64,000 bases of DNA from a virus. How positions within the stretch are numbered: position 1 is the first letter of the stretch; every line of letters begins with the position of its first letter. The notes under the pieces are model-generated. The model ran no database searches. It worked only from the letters and a program-made list of their open reading frames with translations, and was not told where the DNA came from. The position numbers and the translations under genes were made by a program. Of the stretch, positions 9,805 to 18,624 are shown one piece after another. Location: IMG/VR virus record IMGVR_UViG_3300042881_003464, positions 1 to 64,000 of that record, one strand, 5' to 3'.

Positions 9805-10491
9805 TTAATTGAGTCCTTGTTGAGTGCAATAGTCTGTGTAGATACGTTCCCTGTGCCATTCATCTGCCATGGGAGTCAGTGCAAAATCATGAAAGCAGGG
9901 AGTGCCCAAAGTGTAGTGTAGTAACTTGGCATCGGGGTTGGCACCGTATTCATCAGGTAACCAGTTCCATTCTTTTGGTAACTCACCGATGTCATCGTCA
10001 TCTAACCAGGTAAATCTGTGTAACTGTGCCCCTGATGCTTCTTGAATGAACTCGGGAGTAATTGTTTGATTTTTAGGATGACCGCAGTTCCAAAGTATCA
10101 CACTGCTCCAGTTTTTTCTTGGATAGTTTTGATTACGACTACCAAGGTACTTTTCTGTCATGCGAGTTTGGTAGTTGTGTTTTACAACCATTACCGCTCG
10201 ATTTTCATCACGCAGATTCCAAAGATTAGCAATATCGTCTCGCAACAACATGTCGCCATCCATGAATATAGCCCATCCAGAATAGTCTGTGAGAAACGGA
10301 GTCAGAAAACGACTGTAGATAAATTGGTTGCTACCATCAGCATGTGTTTCAGTATAGCCACCAAGATTTTTCAATGCCAAGGGAGTAATTGAAACAGGCT
10401 GCGAGCTATGACGAATAATACTGTTTGCACAAACGTGATAGGCAACTGCTTCGCGGGGGTCAAACCCGATAAAAATTGGAATGGATTTCAT
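9805..10491 (-). CDS. GT8-like glycosyltransferase
   Basis: Start MKSIPIFIGFD at 10491; SRFL.P, FMDGDM (DxD), YPRKNWSSV, EWNWL, LHYTLGTP. Confidence 0.75.
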   Translation of the reverse strand: MKSIPIFIGFDPREAVAYHVCANSIIRHSSQPVSITPLALKNLGGYTETHADGSNQFIYSRFLTPFLTDYSGWAIFMDGDMLLRDDIANLWNLRDENRAVMVVKHNYQTRMTEKYLGSRNQNYPRKNWSSVILWNCGHPKNQTITPEFIQEASGAQLHRFTWLDDDDIGELPKEWNWLPDEYGANPDAKLLHYTLGTPCFHDFALTPMADEWHRERIYTDYCTQQGLN

Positions 10492-10493
10492 AA

Positions 10494-10520
10494 CGCCGAT
10501 ATTTATTGTCAATATCGGCG
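10494..10520 (-). promoter_or_regulatory. Perfect 10-bp inverted repeat enclosing a late promoter core TAAATA (10500-10505)
   Basis: CGCCGATATT-N7-AATATCGGCG, ending 2 nt before the ATG at 10491. Confidence 0.7.
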
Positions 10521-10526
10521 CAGAAT

Positions 10527-11354
10527 TTAGATTTTGAGCAGGTCTTCTAAATTGTAAAGTCTGGGCAGATAATCGCTGGGATTATCTAGTACGCTGGCTT
10601 CTAAGTCGCCGCTGCGACGCGGTCCCACGTGAACTTGAAAATCGCAGTTGTTCACACGTTTGAACATGTCTATCATTTCTTGTACAGTGATGCCTGTGCC
10701 GTGTCCAAGATTTTCTAACCCATTTGCTGGACGATCAATGGCTCTAATCAAGGCATGACAAATTTCATTCACATGCACATAGTCACGCAAGCATGTGCCA
10801 TCTCGCGTACGATAATCTATTCCATTGAGTTTGAACTCGCCGGTATCACGGGCCTTGATCAGGTTCATCATTAGCCCATCTGGATTAGTAGGTGGAACAC
10901 CATCAGATCCAATAACATTGTAGAATCTAAATATTGTGTATGCACGTTCACGTTCTTGGCACACTTGTCGCACAACGTCTTCAGCTGCACGTTTACTGAT
11001 ACCATAGGGACTGGCCATGCCCGCGGCCGCACCTGTGCTTGCAAGTATGAAATTTTTGTAGCGTAGATTTAGTACATTGTATGTTCCAACAATGTTGGTT
11101 TCATAGTACCGCCAGGGATCACGTACACTGGCACCTACGTTCACAGATCCTGCTAGGTGTATCACTGTGTCAAACTCTGGCATTAGGTCATTGGTTAGAT
11201 GTCTAATATCCAATGGAAGAAACTGGTGTGGAGCCACATGTTCTGGAGCACGACGATCAAGACCATGTATCTCATGGTCTGTGAGTTTTTTAAGCAGTTG
11301 TACTAGATGACCGCCAATGTAACCAGAGCAGCCAGTGACTAAAATTTTTTTCAT
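10527..11354 (-). CDS. galE: UDP-glucose 4-epimerase-like NAD-dependent epimerase
   Basis: ILVTGCSGYIG, HLAG, PYGISK (YxxxK), FRFYNV.G, DGTCLRDYVHV, RRSGD. Confidence 0.85.
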   Translation of the reverse strand: MKKILVTGCSGYIGGHLVQLLKKLTDHEIHGLDRRAPEHVAPHQFLPLDIRHLTNDLMPEFDTVIHLAGSVNVGASVRDPWRYYETNIVGTYNVLNLRYKNFILASTGAAAGMASPYGISKRAAEDVVRQVCQERERAYTIFRFYNVIGSDGVPPTNPDGLMMNLIKARDTGEFKLNGIDYRTRDGTCLRDYVHVNEICHALIRAIDRPANGLENLGHGTGITVQEMIDMFKRVNNCDFQVHVGPRRSGDLEASVLDNPSDYLPRLYNLEDLLKI

Positions 11355-11695
11355 TTTGTGAATCCCACAGTTTCTCGTTCAATATCGTTGTGATCAAACT
11401 CAGCCCAATACAGTTCAAATGCAATGGTATCTTCCAGTGCTTCAAACTGATGGTACTCGCCTGGTGATACCTTGGTGTACATGCCATCCATGAGCACTGT
11501 TTCATCAACTAGATCATAGTTGTTTTTCCAAACACGAATCAACAGAGCACCTTGTTCTACAAAGAAGCCATTCCATTTATGACGGTGCTTGTGTTTTGAA
11601 CATACCCCGCCTTTTTTGATTTCTATGCGATGAAATTCCAAAACCCCATTGGCTTCGAGTAATTCAGTTTGTCCCCAGACTTTGCCTTCTATCAT
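11351..11695 (-). CDS. Cupin-domain protein (mannose-6-phosphate isomerase-like)
   Basis: GKVWG, SKHKH.HK..F.V..G, PGEYHQF.ALED cupin motifs; AGGAG SD. Confidence 0.75.
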   Translation of the reverse strand: MIEGKVWGQTELLEANGVLEFHRIEIKKGGVCSKHKHRHKWNGFFVEQGALLIRVWKNNYDLVDETVLMDGMYTKVSPGEYHQFEALEDTIAFELYWAEFDHNDIERETVGFTK

Positions 11696-11716
11696 GTGTG
11701 TTCTCCTGTGGTAATA

Positions 11717-11745
11717 ATTATAACACCAGTTTTAGGATCTGTCAA
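11717..11745 (-). promoter_or_regulatory. Consensus sigma70 (early) promoter
   Basis: TTGACA-17 bp-TATAAT with extended -10 TG. Confidence 0.85.
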
Positions 11746-13892
11746 TATTCTAGCAGTTGTATTTCTTGCCGCATCTGCTCTAGCAGTCTATCAGTTCTAC
11801 TAGCGCCGTACTCATGTGAAAAAACATCTGCTCGATGCTGTAATACCTTGCGCCAAAACGGTGCTTGAAATCTCCAACCAATACTGGCATTGGAATAGAA
11901 TCCAGGTGCGGCTATTGATTGTAATTGTCCTTGGTCTCTGTACTCACTATGATGATAATAAAGGTCAATGTTCTTGCAGATGTCTATGCCGTCAATAATC
12001 AAAGATTCTACCAATATGCGTTTGTCTGCGATAATGTTTCCATCTTGGTCAACTTCTGTGTCCTGGCCTGGTTGCTTGTTGTTCATGCCAAATTCTATAA
12101 AGTGATCCGCACGACCATAATCATAATCCAGCTGCAAGGTCACAGTGTGTTTGCCATGAGAAAGAAGACTTTCATAGATAACTTTGTCATTATACCTCAC
12201 AAAGAATCTTGGATCTCCATTACAAGAGTTAGCTTCAACTGTGAATGTGATTTCAGTGCTGGGGAAAAGCTGCTGTAGTCTACTATGCAAAAAATCATCA
12301 ACTTGATCCAGCAAGGCCACTGACTTATCACAAACCTTGTAATCAGAGGGCAACAAAGGTTGGTAAAAGTCTGCCCACTGATCACGTAGATCAATCATAC
12401 CTTCAATCACAGGAGTCAAGGTTTCATTGGCATTGAATGCTGATATATGCAGCATCTTATAGATCTTCCAAGTTGCGTATAATCTAGAAAATCTTGCCCG
12501 AGCAGTGAATGATGGATTTTTGTCGCTGTACCATAACATCACCCAATCACCTGTTTCCTTGTGTATGCCACTGTACTGATAGCGACTTGCGGGTGTGTTT
12601 TCTAATACCATGAAACCAGAGTTACTAATCAGCCCTGTGACTGTGCCTTTGGCATGATATCTTGCTAATTTAAGAATCATATCAACACTGTCAACAAAAT
12701 CTTCATATAGTTCACTCCAGTGTCCCACAATAGTGTTGACCTGTACTTGTATACCACAACGATCCATTTGTTCGAGCTCGTAGAACAGACCTTCCACGGT
12801 GGTCTTTTTTTGCATGAACTCAAGCACACGATTGCTACCTGACTCAGCGCCAATCACAAGAGATTCGCAACCACTGGCTGCTAGTAAATCAAAAAAAGCA
12901 GGCTTGATTGTGCCTGGTGGTCTGGCTATCCAGTTTCCTGCCCAGCGTATGCGTTGATCATGGGATTTCTTGGCATTGTATTCAGCGAGATGATTGCACA
13001 TCTCTCTAAGACTTTTCATGTTGCCATTGGCAATACTATCTTGCAAAGCAAAACTAAAAACATTGTACCTATCACGTAGATATATCATCTCTTCGGCAAG
13101 ACGCACACCGTTTTTGCTTTGAAACTTTACAAAATGCGCTCCTACATCACAAAAATCACAACTACGCACGCAGCCTTTGCTGCTGACCACAGGTAACTGT
13201 CTAAAACCAATTTCTGCGTTTCCATAAAAGTCAAAATCATAGTCATCAAAATTGCTAAACGGATAAGACAGATCAGGTAACGAAGGTTGCTTGCGTGACG
13301 TGTCTTCTACATCTAATCTTCCACTAAGCAAATCAATAATAGCATCTTCTGCATCACCAATAACCACTTGATGCACCAATCTACGTCGTTTCATGATTTG
13401 ATAGAATTCTAGATACTTTTCAGTTGGTTTGATTAAATTCTTGATAGCGACATTGTGATGCACACTACAGCCTTTGCCACCTAGTACCACTTGAAAGTCA
13501 TGATCATGTTTGTTTAGTCTTTCACATAGATCAAAAGTAAATCTGTGCTGATGCCCACTGAACACACTGATACCAAGGTACCTGCACTGCACGGTGTGTA
13601 TCTGTTCAATACAGTACTGATAAAATTTTTCAATAACTTCAAAATGCTGATGATTGTTATCAAACGCAGTTACCCAGGTACTCATGACCTCCACACGGTC
13701 AATTTCCGGAAATTGATTCATAAACTGATCAAAATCCACAGCCAGATCTCTGGTTACAATACTGTAACCATGAGACTGAGCTATACCTTTGAGCACAGCT
13801 GGCCCACAAGGAGGATAGCTCATTTCTGAATAGGGCACACTGATCAAAAGCATGTCAATTGGCTTTTGATCAGCGACGCTGGACTGGTGCAT
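11742..13892 (-). CDS. Cobalamin-binding radical SAM enzyme
   Basis: N-terminal B12-binding-like region (PPCGPAVLK, GISVF, VVLGG, GDAE), SKGCVRSCDFC (CxxxCxxC), IGAESGS. Confidence 0.85.
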   Translation of the reverse strand: MHQSSVADQKPIDMLLISVPYSEMSYPPCGPAVLKGIAQSHGYSIVTRDLAVDFDQFMNQFPEIDRVEVMSTWVTAFDNNHQHFEVIEKFYQYCIEQIHTVQCRYLGISVFSGHQHRFTFDLCERLNKHDHDFQVVLGGKGCSVHHNVAIKNLIKPTEKYLEFYQIMKRRRLVHQVVIGDAEDAIIDLLSGRLDVEDTSRKQPSLPDLSYPFSNFDDYDFDFYGNAEIGFRQLPVVSSKGCVRSCDFCDVGAHFVKFQSKNGVRLAEEMIYLRDRYNVFSFALQDSIANGNMKSLREMCNHLAEYNAKKSHDQRIRWAGNWIARPPGTIKPAFFDLLAASGCESLVIGAESGSNRVLEFMQKKTTVEGLFYELEQMDRCGIQVQVNTIVGHWSELYEDFVDSVDMILKLARYHAKGTVTGLISNSGFMVLENTPASRYQYSGIHKETGDWVMLWYSDKNPSFTARARFSRLYATWKIYKMLHISAFNANETLTPVIEGMIDLRDQWADFYQPLLPSDYKVCDKSVALLDQVDDFLHSRLQQLFPSTEITFTVEANSCNGDPRFFVRYNDKVIYESLLSHGKHTVTLQLDYDYGRADHFIEFGMNNKQPGQDTEVDQDGNIIADKRILVESLIIDGIDICKNIDLYYHHSEYRDQGQLQSIAAPGFYSNASIGWRFQAPFWRKVLQHRADVFSHEYGASRTDRLLEQMRQEIQLLEY

Positions 13893-13893
13893 T

Positions 13894-14658
13894 TTATTCT
13901 AGTGGTTGTCTTTGTATATCTTGTTCAACACAGTCGTCACCAAACTGAATTTCTATTAACTTTAAAGGTTCATCGGTGTGATTGCACAGCATGTGCCATT
14001 GATTACGAGAAATCCACGCATACTGATGTTCACTAAAGGTGCCTATTAGGTCTTGATCGCTGCTGTTGTCCAAGGTATACACCGAAGCTTCACCCGAGGC
14101 CACAAACCAAAACTCTGAACGGTTCTCGTGCTTTTGCATGCTCAAACAGGATTGTGGATTCACAGTGAGTTCTTTTAATTTGGTTCTTGATCCAACTTCG
14201 TGTAACACACGATAATAGCCCCAGTTTCTGGTGGTACGAGGCTTTTTCCAGTCTTCTAGTATCCAACTACTGGAGTTCTTTTTGTCTTCTCCGCCAACAC
14301 CAAACACAAACTCTACATCATCGAACACCATTTCTGGTATGTTGTCTGACGTACGATCTCCGCCATTGGCAAATATCAAATGATCATTAGGGTAACGTTG
14401 CTTGACTTGACGTATAGCATCAATACTGGAATTGTCGTGATCATCAAATGCTATCACCTCATCTGTCATGTGCAGATTATCCAGTATGGTCATGCGTTCT
14501 TGCCAGGTCATAAATGGACGACCTTTTTTGCGTGTGAGCCACGCATCAGAGTTTAGACCTACAATCAAATGATCGCCCAGGTGTTGAGCATGATTGAGAT
14601 ATGATATGTGCCCAGAATGAACTGGGTCAAAGCCACCGGTTACGAGTACAATTTTCAT
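13894..14658 (-). CDS. Cytidylyltransferase-like (HxGH) domain fused to a mannose-6-phosphate isomerase cupin domain
   Basis: Start MKIVLVTGGFDPVHSGH at 14658; GLNSD, FANGGDR, KKNSSS; C-terminal R.WG.Y, LSMQKH..RSE.W, IEIQ.G..EQDI.R. Confidence 0.85.
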   Translation of the reverse strand: MKIVLVTGGFDPVHSGHISYLNHAQHLGDHLIVGLNSDAWLTRKKGRPFMTWQERMTILDNLHMTDEVIAFDDHDNSSIDAIRQVKQRYPNDHLIFANGGDRTSDNIPEMVFDDVEFVFGVGGEDKKNSSSWILEDWKKPRTTRNWGYYRVLHEVGSRTKLKELTVNPQSCLSMQKHENRSEFWFVASGEASVYTLDNSSDQDLIGTFSEHQYAWISRNQWHMLCNHTDEPLKLIEIQFGDDCVEQDIQRQPLE

Positions 14659-14663
14659 GTGGG

Positions 14664-14669
14664 TATTTA
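14664..14669 (-). promoter_or_regulatory. Late promoter core TAAATA, 5 nt before ATG
   Basis: GTAAATAcccacATG; the TAA is the uvsY stop. Confidence 0.65.
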
Positions 14670-15119
14670 CACCCGAACATCTTCCATGCCCGCAGTTCTT
14701 AGTCTCACAATGTGACCAGCCATCCACTGCTTGCTGTCTAGTCCTTTCATGATACCAAGCCATTTGTTACGCAAGAGAGCCACTTCGTTGATAATAGTCT
14801 CAAAATCGATGACCTCATCCTCACCATCTACGTATTTTTCAGCGTCTCGGCTGGTAAGTTGCCGAGCATAAGCTTCAAGATACTTTTGAAAATGGCGTCT
14901 GCGGATCTTGCGTAACTGTATGTTGAGATAGTTCAGCACTGCTTCTATCTCTTGCAGTTGATTAAACCTATGTTCGGTTATACCTGGTAGAGCCGTGATA
15001 TTCTTCTCAACTATGCCAGACAAACGGCAGTCTTGTTTGGCATCAGCTAGTTCAGATTCATAGTATTCAATGAAGTCTGGAATAGCACTGAGATCAGAAA
15101 TTATGCGATTATACCACAC
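14667..15119 (-). CDS. uvsY: Recombination mediator UvsY-like protein
   Basis: Helical 150-aa protein with KYVDGEDE and closely downstream of uvsX. Confidence 0.65.
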   Translation of the reverse strand: MWYNRIISDLSAIPDFIEYYESELADAKQDCRLSGIVEKNITALPGITEHRFNQLQEIEAVLNYLNIQLRKIRRRHFQKYLEAYARQLTSRDAEKYVDGEDEVIDFETIINEVALLRNKWLGIMKGLDSKQWMAGHIVRLRTAGMEDVRV

Positions 15120-15122
15120 AGA

Positions 15123-15374
15123 TTACCATTCGTCGTTGTCTTCTTCGTCGTAGTCTTCTTCTTCGTCATCATCGTAGCCTTTTTCAGTGTCAAGATATTC
15201 CATCAAGGCCTGCTTGATGTCTCTATCACTTTTAAAAGCATCTTTGATATCGTCAACGTCTTCATCGTTGTTGATCAACACAGCTACCACAAGTTCCGCT
15301 GCTTCTGCGCGATCACTTGGTGGTATGTGTCTTTTGATTTCATACCATAGTTCACTTACCACTGTTGAATGCAT
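15123..15374 (-). CDS. Hypothetical protein with acidic tail
   Basis: ORF with GGAGGAG SD and a D/E-rich C-terminus. Confidence 0.65.
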   Translation of the reverse strand: MHSTVVSELWYEIKRHIPPSDRAEAAELVVAVLINNDEDVDDIKDAFKSDRDIKQALMEYLDTEKGYDDDEEEDYDEEDNDEW

Positions 15375-15375
15375 G

Positions 15376-16434
15376 TTACTCCTCCACTGTTGCTTCAGTG
15401 GTACTTAGTTCTTCGGGTTGATTTTTAAAGTCTGCCATTATTCGATCAAGGCAACCATCTTCGTTTGATTCCCATGCCTTGCGAAACTGCTTGATAATCT
15501 CACCATCAGTGGTAGTAAAGGCCAAGCGGTTACCATCTTTCTTAAGCAGTCCGCGCTTTTCAGCAAGATCCACTAGACCACTGTAGGGATTCATACCTGT
15601 TTCGTATGGAATCTTGACCTGCACGCCTTCAAATGGTTTAGCATAACGAGTTTTCATGACCTTGCATGCTGAACGAATACCCATGACATCTGAAATCTTG
15701 TTGCCATCTTCGTCCTCTTTTAGCTTGAGTTTCTTCATGGCAACCACAATACTTGATGCGTAGATAAAGCCCTGTCCGCCGCTGATCTTATCATCTGGAT
15801 CAAACATATCTTGGCTGGCGTAGGTATGGTTAGTACATACTAGACCTACGTTGTAGCTACCAAACATGTTCACACAGTTTCGCACCAATGCAGTAAGAGC
15901 TTTTGGCTTTCTTCCTAGATCGCCCTTGAGATCACCCGAGTCAAATTGATTGATATCGGTTGGTGTTAACAGCATGCCCAGTGAGTCAATAACAAAAAGA
16001 ACCTTGGGTCGTTCTCCGTCAGGCAGAGTTTTATACTCTCCCATGAAAGTACTAATTGTTTTAGCCACATCGTCAATCATGGCCATGCTGAGTTTGAGTA
16101 ACTTGCTTTCATCTGTGCTCACTCCCAGTGCATGTAACCATGCTTCGTCAAGAGCGTTTTCACTGTCAATAAGAACCACATAGATACCTTGTTCCTGTGC
16201 GTTCTTGATGATATTACCTGAACAAATGTAACTCTTGCCTGCGCCGGATTCACCAGCAAACACAGTGACCTTGCCCAAGGGCACACCCTTGTTGAAATCT
16301 CCTGATATCAAATAGTTCAAGGCATAGTTACCTGTTGAGATCCAGTCTGTGGGATCGTTAAAACCAATAGACAGTCCGTCAATGCTCTTGGTTATCTCTT
16401 TGCGAAACTTGCTTACATCAAATGGCTTGGGCAT
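15376..16434 (-). CDS. uvsX: UvsX RecA-like recombinase
   Basis: GESGAGKS Walker A, DSENALD, FVIDSLG, NHTY, SGG; start MPKPF at 16434 with AGGAG SD. Confidence 0.92.
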   Translation of the reverse strand: MPKPFDVSKFRKEITKSIDGLSIGFNDPTDWISTGNYALNYLISGDFNKGVPLGKVTVFAGESGAGKSYICSGNIIKNAQEQGIYVVLIDSENALDEAWLHALGVSTDESKLLKLSMAMIDDVAKTISTFMGEYKTLPDGERPKVLFVIDSLGMLLTPTDINQFDSGDLKGDLGRKPKALTALVRNCVNMFGSYNVGLVCTNHTYASQDMFDPDDKISGGQGFIYASSIVVAMKKLKLKEDEDGNKISDVMGIRSACKVMKTRYAKPFEGVQVKIPYETGMNPYSGLVDLAEKRGLLKKDGNRLAFTTTDGEIIKQFRKAWESNEDGCLDRIMADFKNQPEELSTTEATVEE

Positions 16435-16442
16435 AAGTTCTC

Positions 16443-17273
16443 CTAGTATTCTAAAATTGTACACGATGGGTTGGCGTTTTGCAAGCTGACTCGTGCCATT
16501 TTACAAGCTTCCCATCCCTGTTTAAAAATTGTGGGTTCATAACAAAAAACATTACTGACCCAAACCACACTGTTGGGCTCAAGTGTTGGTGCTGTAAATA
16601 AATCCATGAGTTTGAATTCTACTGGCATACGGTGCCAGACAGGCCAAAAACTCTTGATGTCTTCTGGAACTGTTCTGCTACCCATGACATCACCAGTGAC
16701 TTCAATATGATCAGCTATGTATGGACTGGAGTGTAGTTGCCGGGCAAAATCCAGCTGTCGTTGATTGCAATCGTATACAACAACCTTGTGAAAGTCACCA
16801 TCACGAAACATTCTCATGGTTTTCCAACCGCTGGCTAGACCATACAACACACTACCACTCAATGACCTTGGTTCATAATGTTCGGTATTGTCCAAATAGA
16901 TTAACTTAGAACTGCGTAACACTGTGCGATAGAGATTTTCCAAGATATACAGTTGTTTACTGCCCTGATCATAGGGAGGACGTTGATGCATTTCATAACT
17001 GTAATCTAATGTAAACTCTATTAGATCAGGATCTCCAATCATGTTGTTTTGCACTGTCCAATCCCAATCACGAGATCTAAAGTCAGTGGTTACAAATTCG
17101 CCACTGGCAATGATCACTCCATTTTGATCATTGACTTCTTCTGGGCTTTGTACTGTTACAATGTCGTCGGCCCAGGCAGTGTAACGATTGTTAGCATCAA
17201 ACATCACTTTGGTCTGCGTAAAACGCAGCAGTTTAGGATGCTGATGCCGATCAACTATAAAAACTTTTTTCAT
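16443..17273 (-). CDS. Hypothetical protein
   Basis: Long ORF; likely start MKKVFIV at 17273; no motif recognised with confidence. Confidence 0.6.
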   Translation of the reverse strand: MKKVFIVDRHQHPKLLRFTQTKVMFDANNRYTAWADDIVTVQSPEEVNDQNGVIIASGEFVTTDFRSRDWDWTVQNNMIGDPDLIEFTLDYSYEMHQRPPYDQGSKQLYILENLYRTVLRSSKLIYLDNTEHYEPRSLSGSVLYGLASGWKTMRMFRDGDFHKVVVYDCNQRQLDFARQLHSSPYIADHIEVTGDVMGSRTVPEDIKSFWPVWHRMPVEFKLMDLFTAPTLEPNSVVWVSNVFCYEPTIFKQGWEACKMARVSLQNANPSCTILEY

Positions 17274-17880
17274 AGCTTCTACGAACAATACCAGGTTTGA
17301 GTGGTGCATGTACTATCAAATGCAAACGCCATTCTTGAGATTGATTAACCGCGAAATGCCTACAACTGGTATCAATCACAAAGCCGCGACCCGAGGCAAA
17401 AGGTATGGTGCCATGATCTAAAAACTGCACTCTACAGTTGTCAGGATGGTCAATGGCAAGATTACATTCAAACAGTTGTCGTTGTTTACGATCAACGTGT
17501 GGCAAAATGTAACCATCTGGTGCCAACCACATGAATCTAATGCGCCCGGCAAGAGCTATGATCCAGTGTTGTTCTAAAAATGCCTTGGTTTGCGAACACA
17601 ACTGACCAATATCAGTCCATGCCATTTGGCCTTGGTCACTGCTGGTAGCCGTGGCTGATTCTCCGTACAAGCATAGGCTGTGCCAGCCTTGATTACCATA
17701 ACCCAAAACACTGTCTGTTTCACGATGTTCTACTCTACAATCAAACACCTGTGCAGCTTCTTGTGATATTAAATCACGTGGTATATCAATATCAAGTTCT
17801 AGCCAGGCCAGTCCAGAATTCAAAAGTATCCAGTCATCAGTGGGTCTATAAGGCAAAACTGATTTTATTAGAGGATTCAT
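17251..17880 (-). CDS. Aspartyl/asparaginyl beta-hydroxylase-like 2OG-Fe(II) oxygenase
   Basis: RIRFMWLAP.G.I.PHVD (HxD), distal H.AVN.S..WRLHLI. Confidence 0.8.
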   Translation of the reverse strand: MNPLIKSVLPYRPTDDWILLNSGLAWLELDIDIPRDLISQEAAQVFDCRVEHRETDSVLGYGNQGWHSLCLYGESATATSSDQGQMAWTDIGQLCSQTKAFLEQHWIIALAGRIRFMWLAPDGYILPHVDRKQRQLFECNLAIDHPDNCRVQFLDHGTIPFASGRGFVIDTSCRHFAVNQSQEWRLHLIVHAPLKPGIVRRSYEKSFYS

Positions 17881-18622
17881 TGTTTGTAAACAGATATCGC
17901 AACTTGGTCAGTGTTTTCACATCGTCATCAAAGTTGCCTATTCGCATGTTGCGACCAACTTCAGATATGTTGTGTAGAGCACACCAATTACTGTAGTTTT
18001 CTGGACTGGTCCACATCATGGGTCTAGCCAGCGAGATTTCTAGTTTGCCTGACAGCATGTCAAAGTTATTGGTATCAACTTCAAATGCATCTGAGTCATA
18101 GTTTGAAAACTTTTCCCAGGTACTGCGACCTAGATTGTCAAAGCCCAGCATAATATGACTAGTAGCATGGTCTAAAAACTTGGCGCCAAACTTATTGGCT
18201 GTTTGCCAAGGATGTAGATCGTAGTTTTGATACTGCCATGAAAAACAGCTTTCAAGACGGTGTATGTCTTCATTAATACCCCGCCATGCACGTTCTAATT
18301 TCAGTTGCTGCAATAACAGTGGCAATTTTGGCCAACGTTGTCCAGCTAAAACCCAATCCCTGTGCAACTGATTCAACTGCTTTTGATCAAATAGGTCACT
18401 GGGCCATTGGCTGATCAATGGTGGCAGTGCTGCTGTGATTCCTTGTATGGCATCGATGTTGCTTTGTAGCGACTGTCTAATAGCGTGAGCCTCGCTGACT
18501 TGGCTACAGAAAAAACTATTGTCAGTGCCTAGTTTGCCTAGCCAGTATAGGAATAGGTCTGGCCAGACCACACGGAATTTGACTTCTTCTCCGGATGGTA
18601 GCCAGACCAGACGTGCTTGCAC
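17846..18622 (-). CDS. Hypothetical protein
   Basis: 258-aa ORF coupled between gp32 and the oxygenase. Confidence 0.6.
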   Translation of the reverse strand: MQARLVWLPSGEEVKFRVVWPDLFLYWLGKLGTDNSFFCSQVSEAHAIRQSLQSNIDAIQGITAALPPLISQWPSDLFDQKQLNQLHRDWVLAGQRWPKLPLLLQQLKLERAWRGINEDIHRLESCFSWQYQNYDLHPWQTANKFGAKFLDHATSHIMLGFDNLGRSTWEKFSNYDSDAFEVDTNNFDMLSGKLEISLARPMMWTSPENYSNWCALHNISEVGRNMRIGNFDDDVKTLTKLRYLFTNNESSNKISFAL

Positions 18623-18624
18623 GA

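Noticed and set aside
1-14658. Host-derived LPS/capsule island or prophage boundary
   Set aside because: The same phage late-promoter motif and gene packing continue through the region; no integrase, att site or export (Wzx/Wzy/ABC) genes
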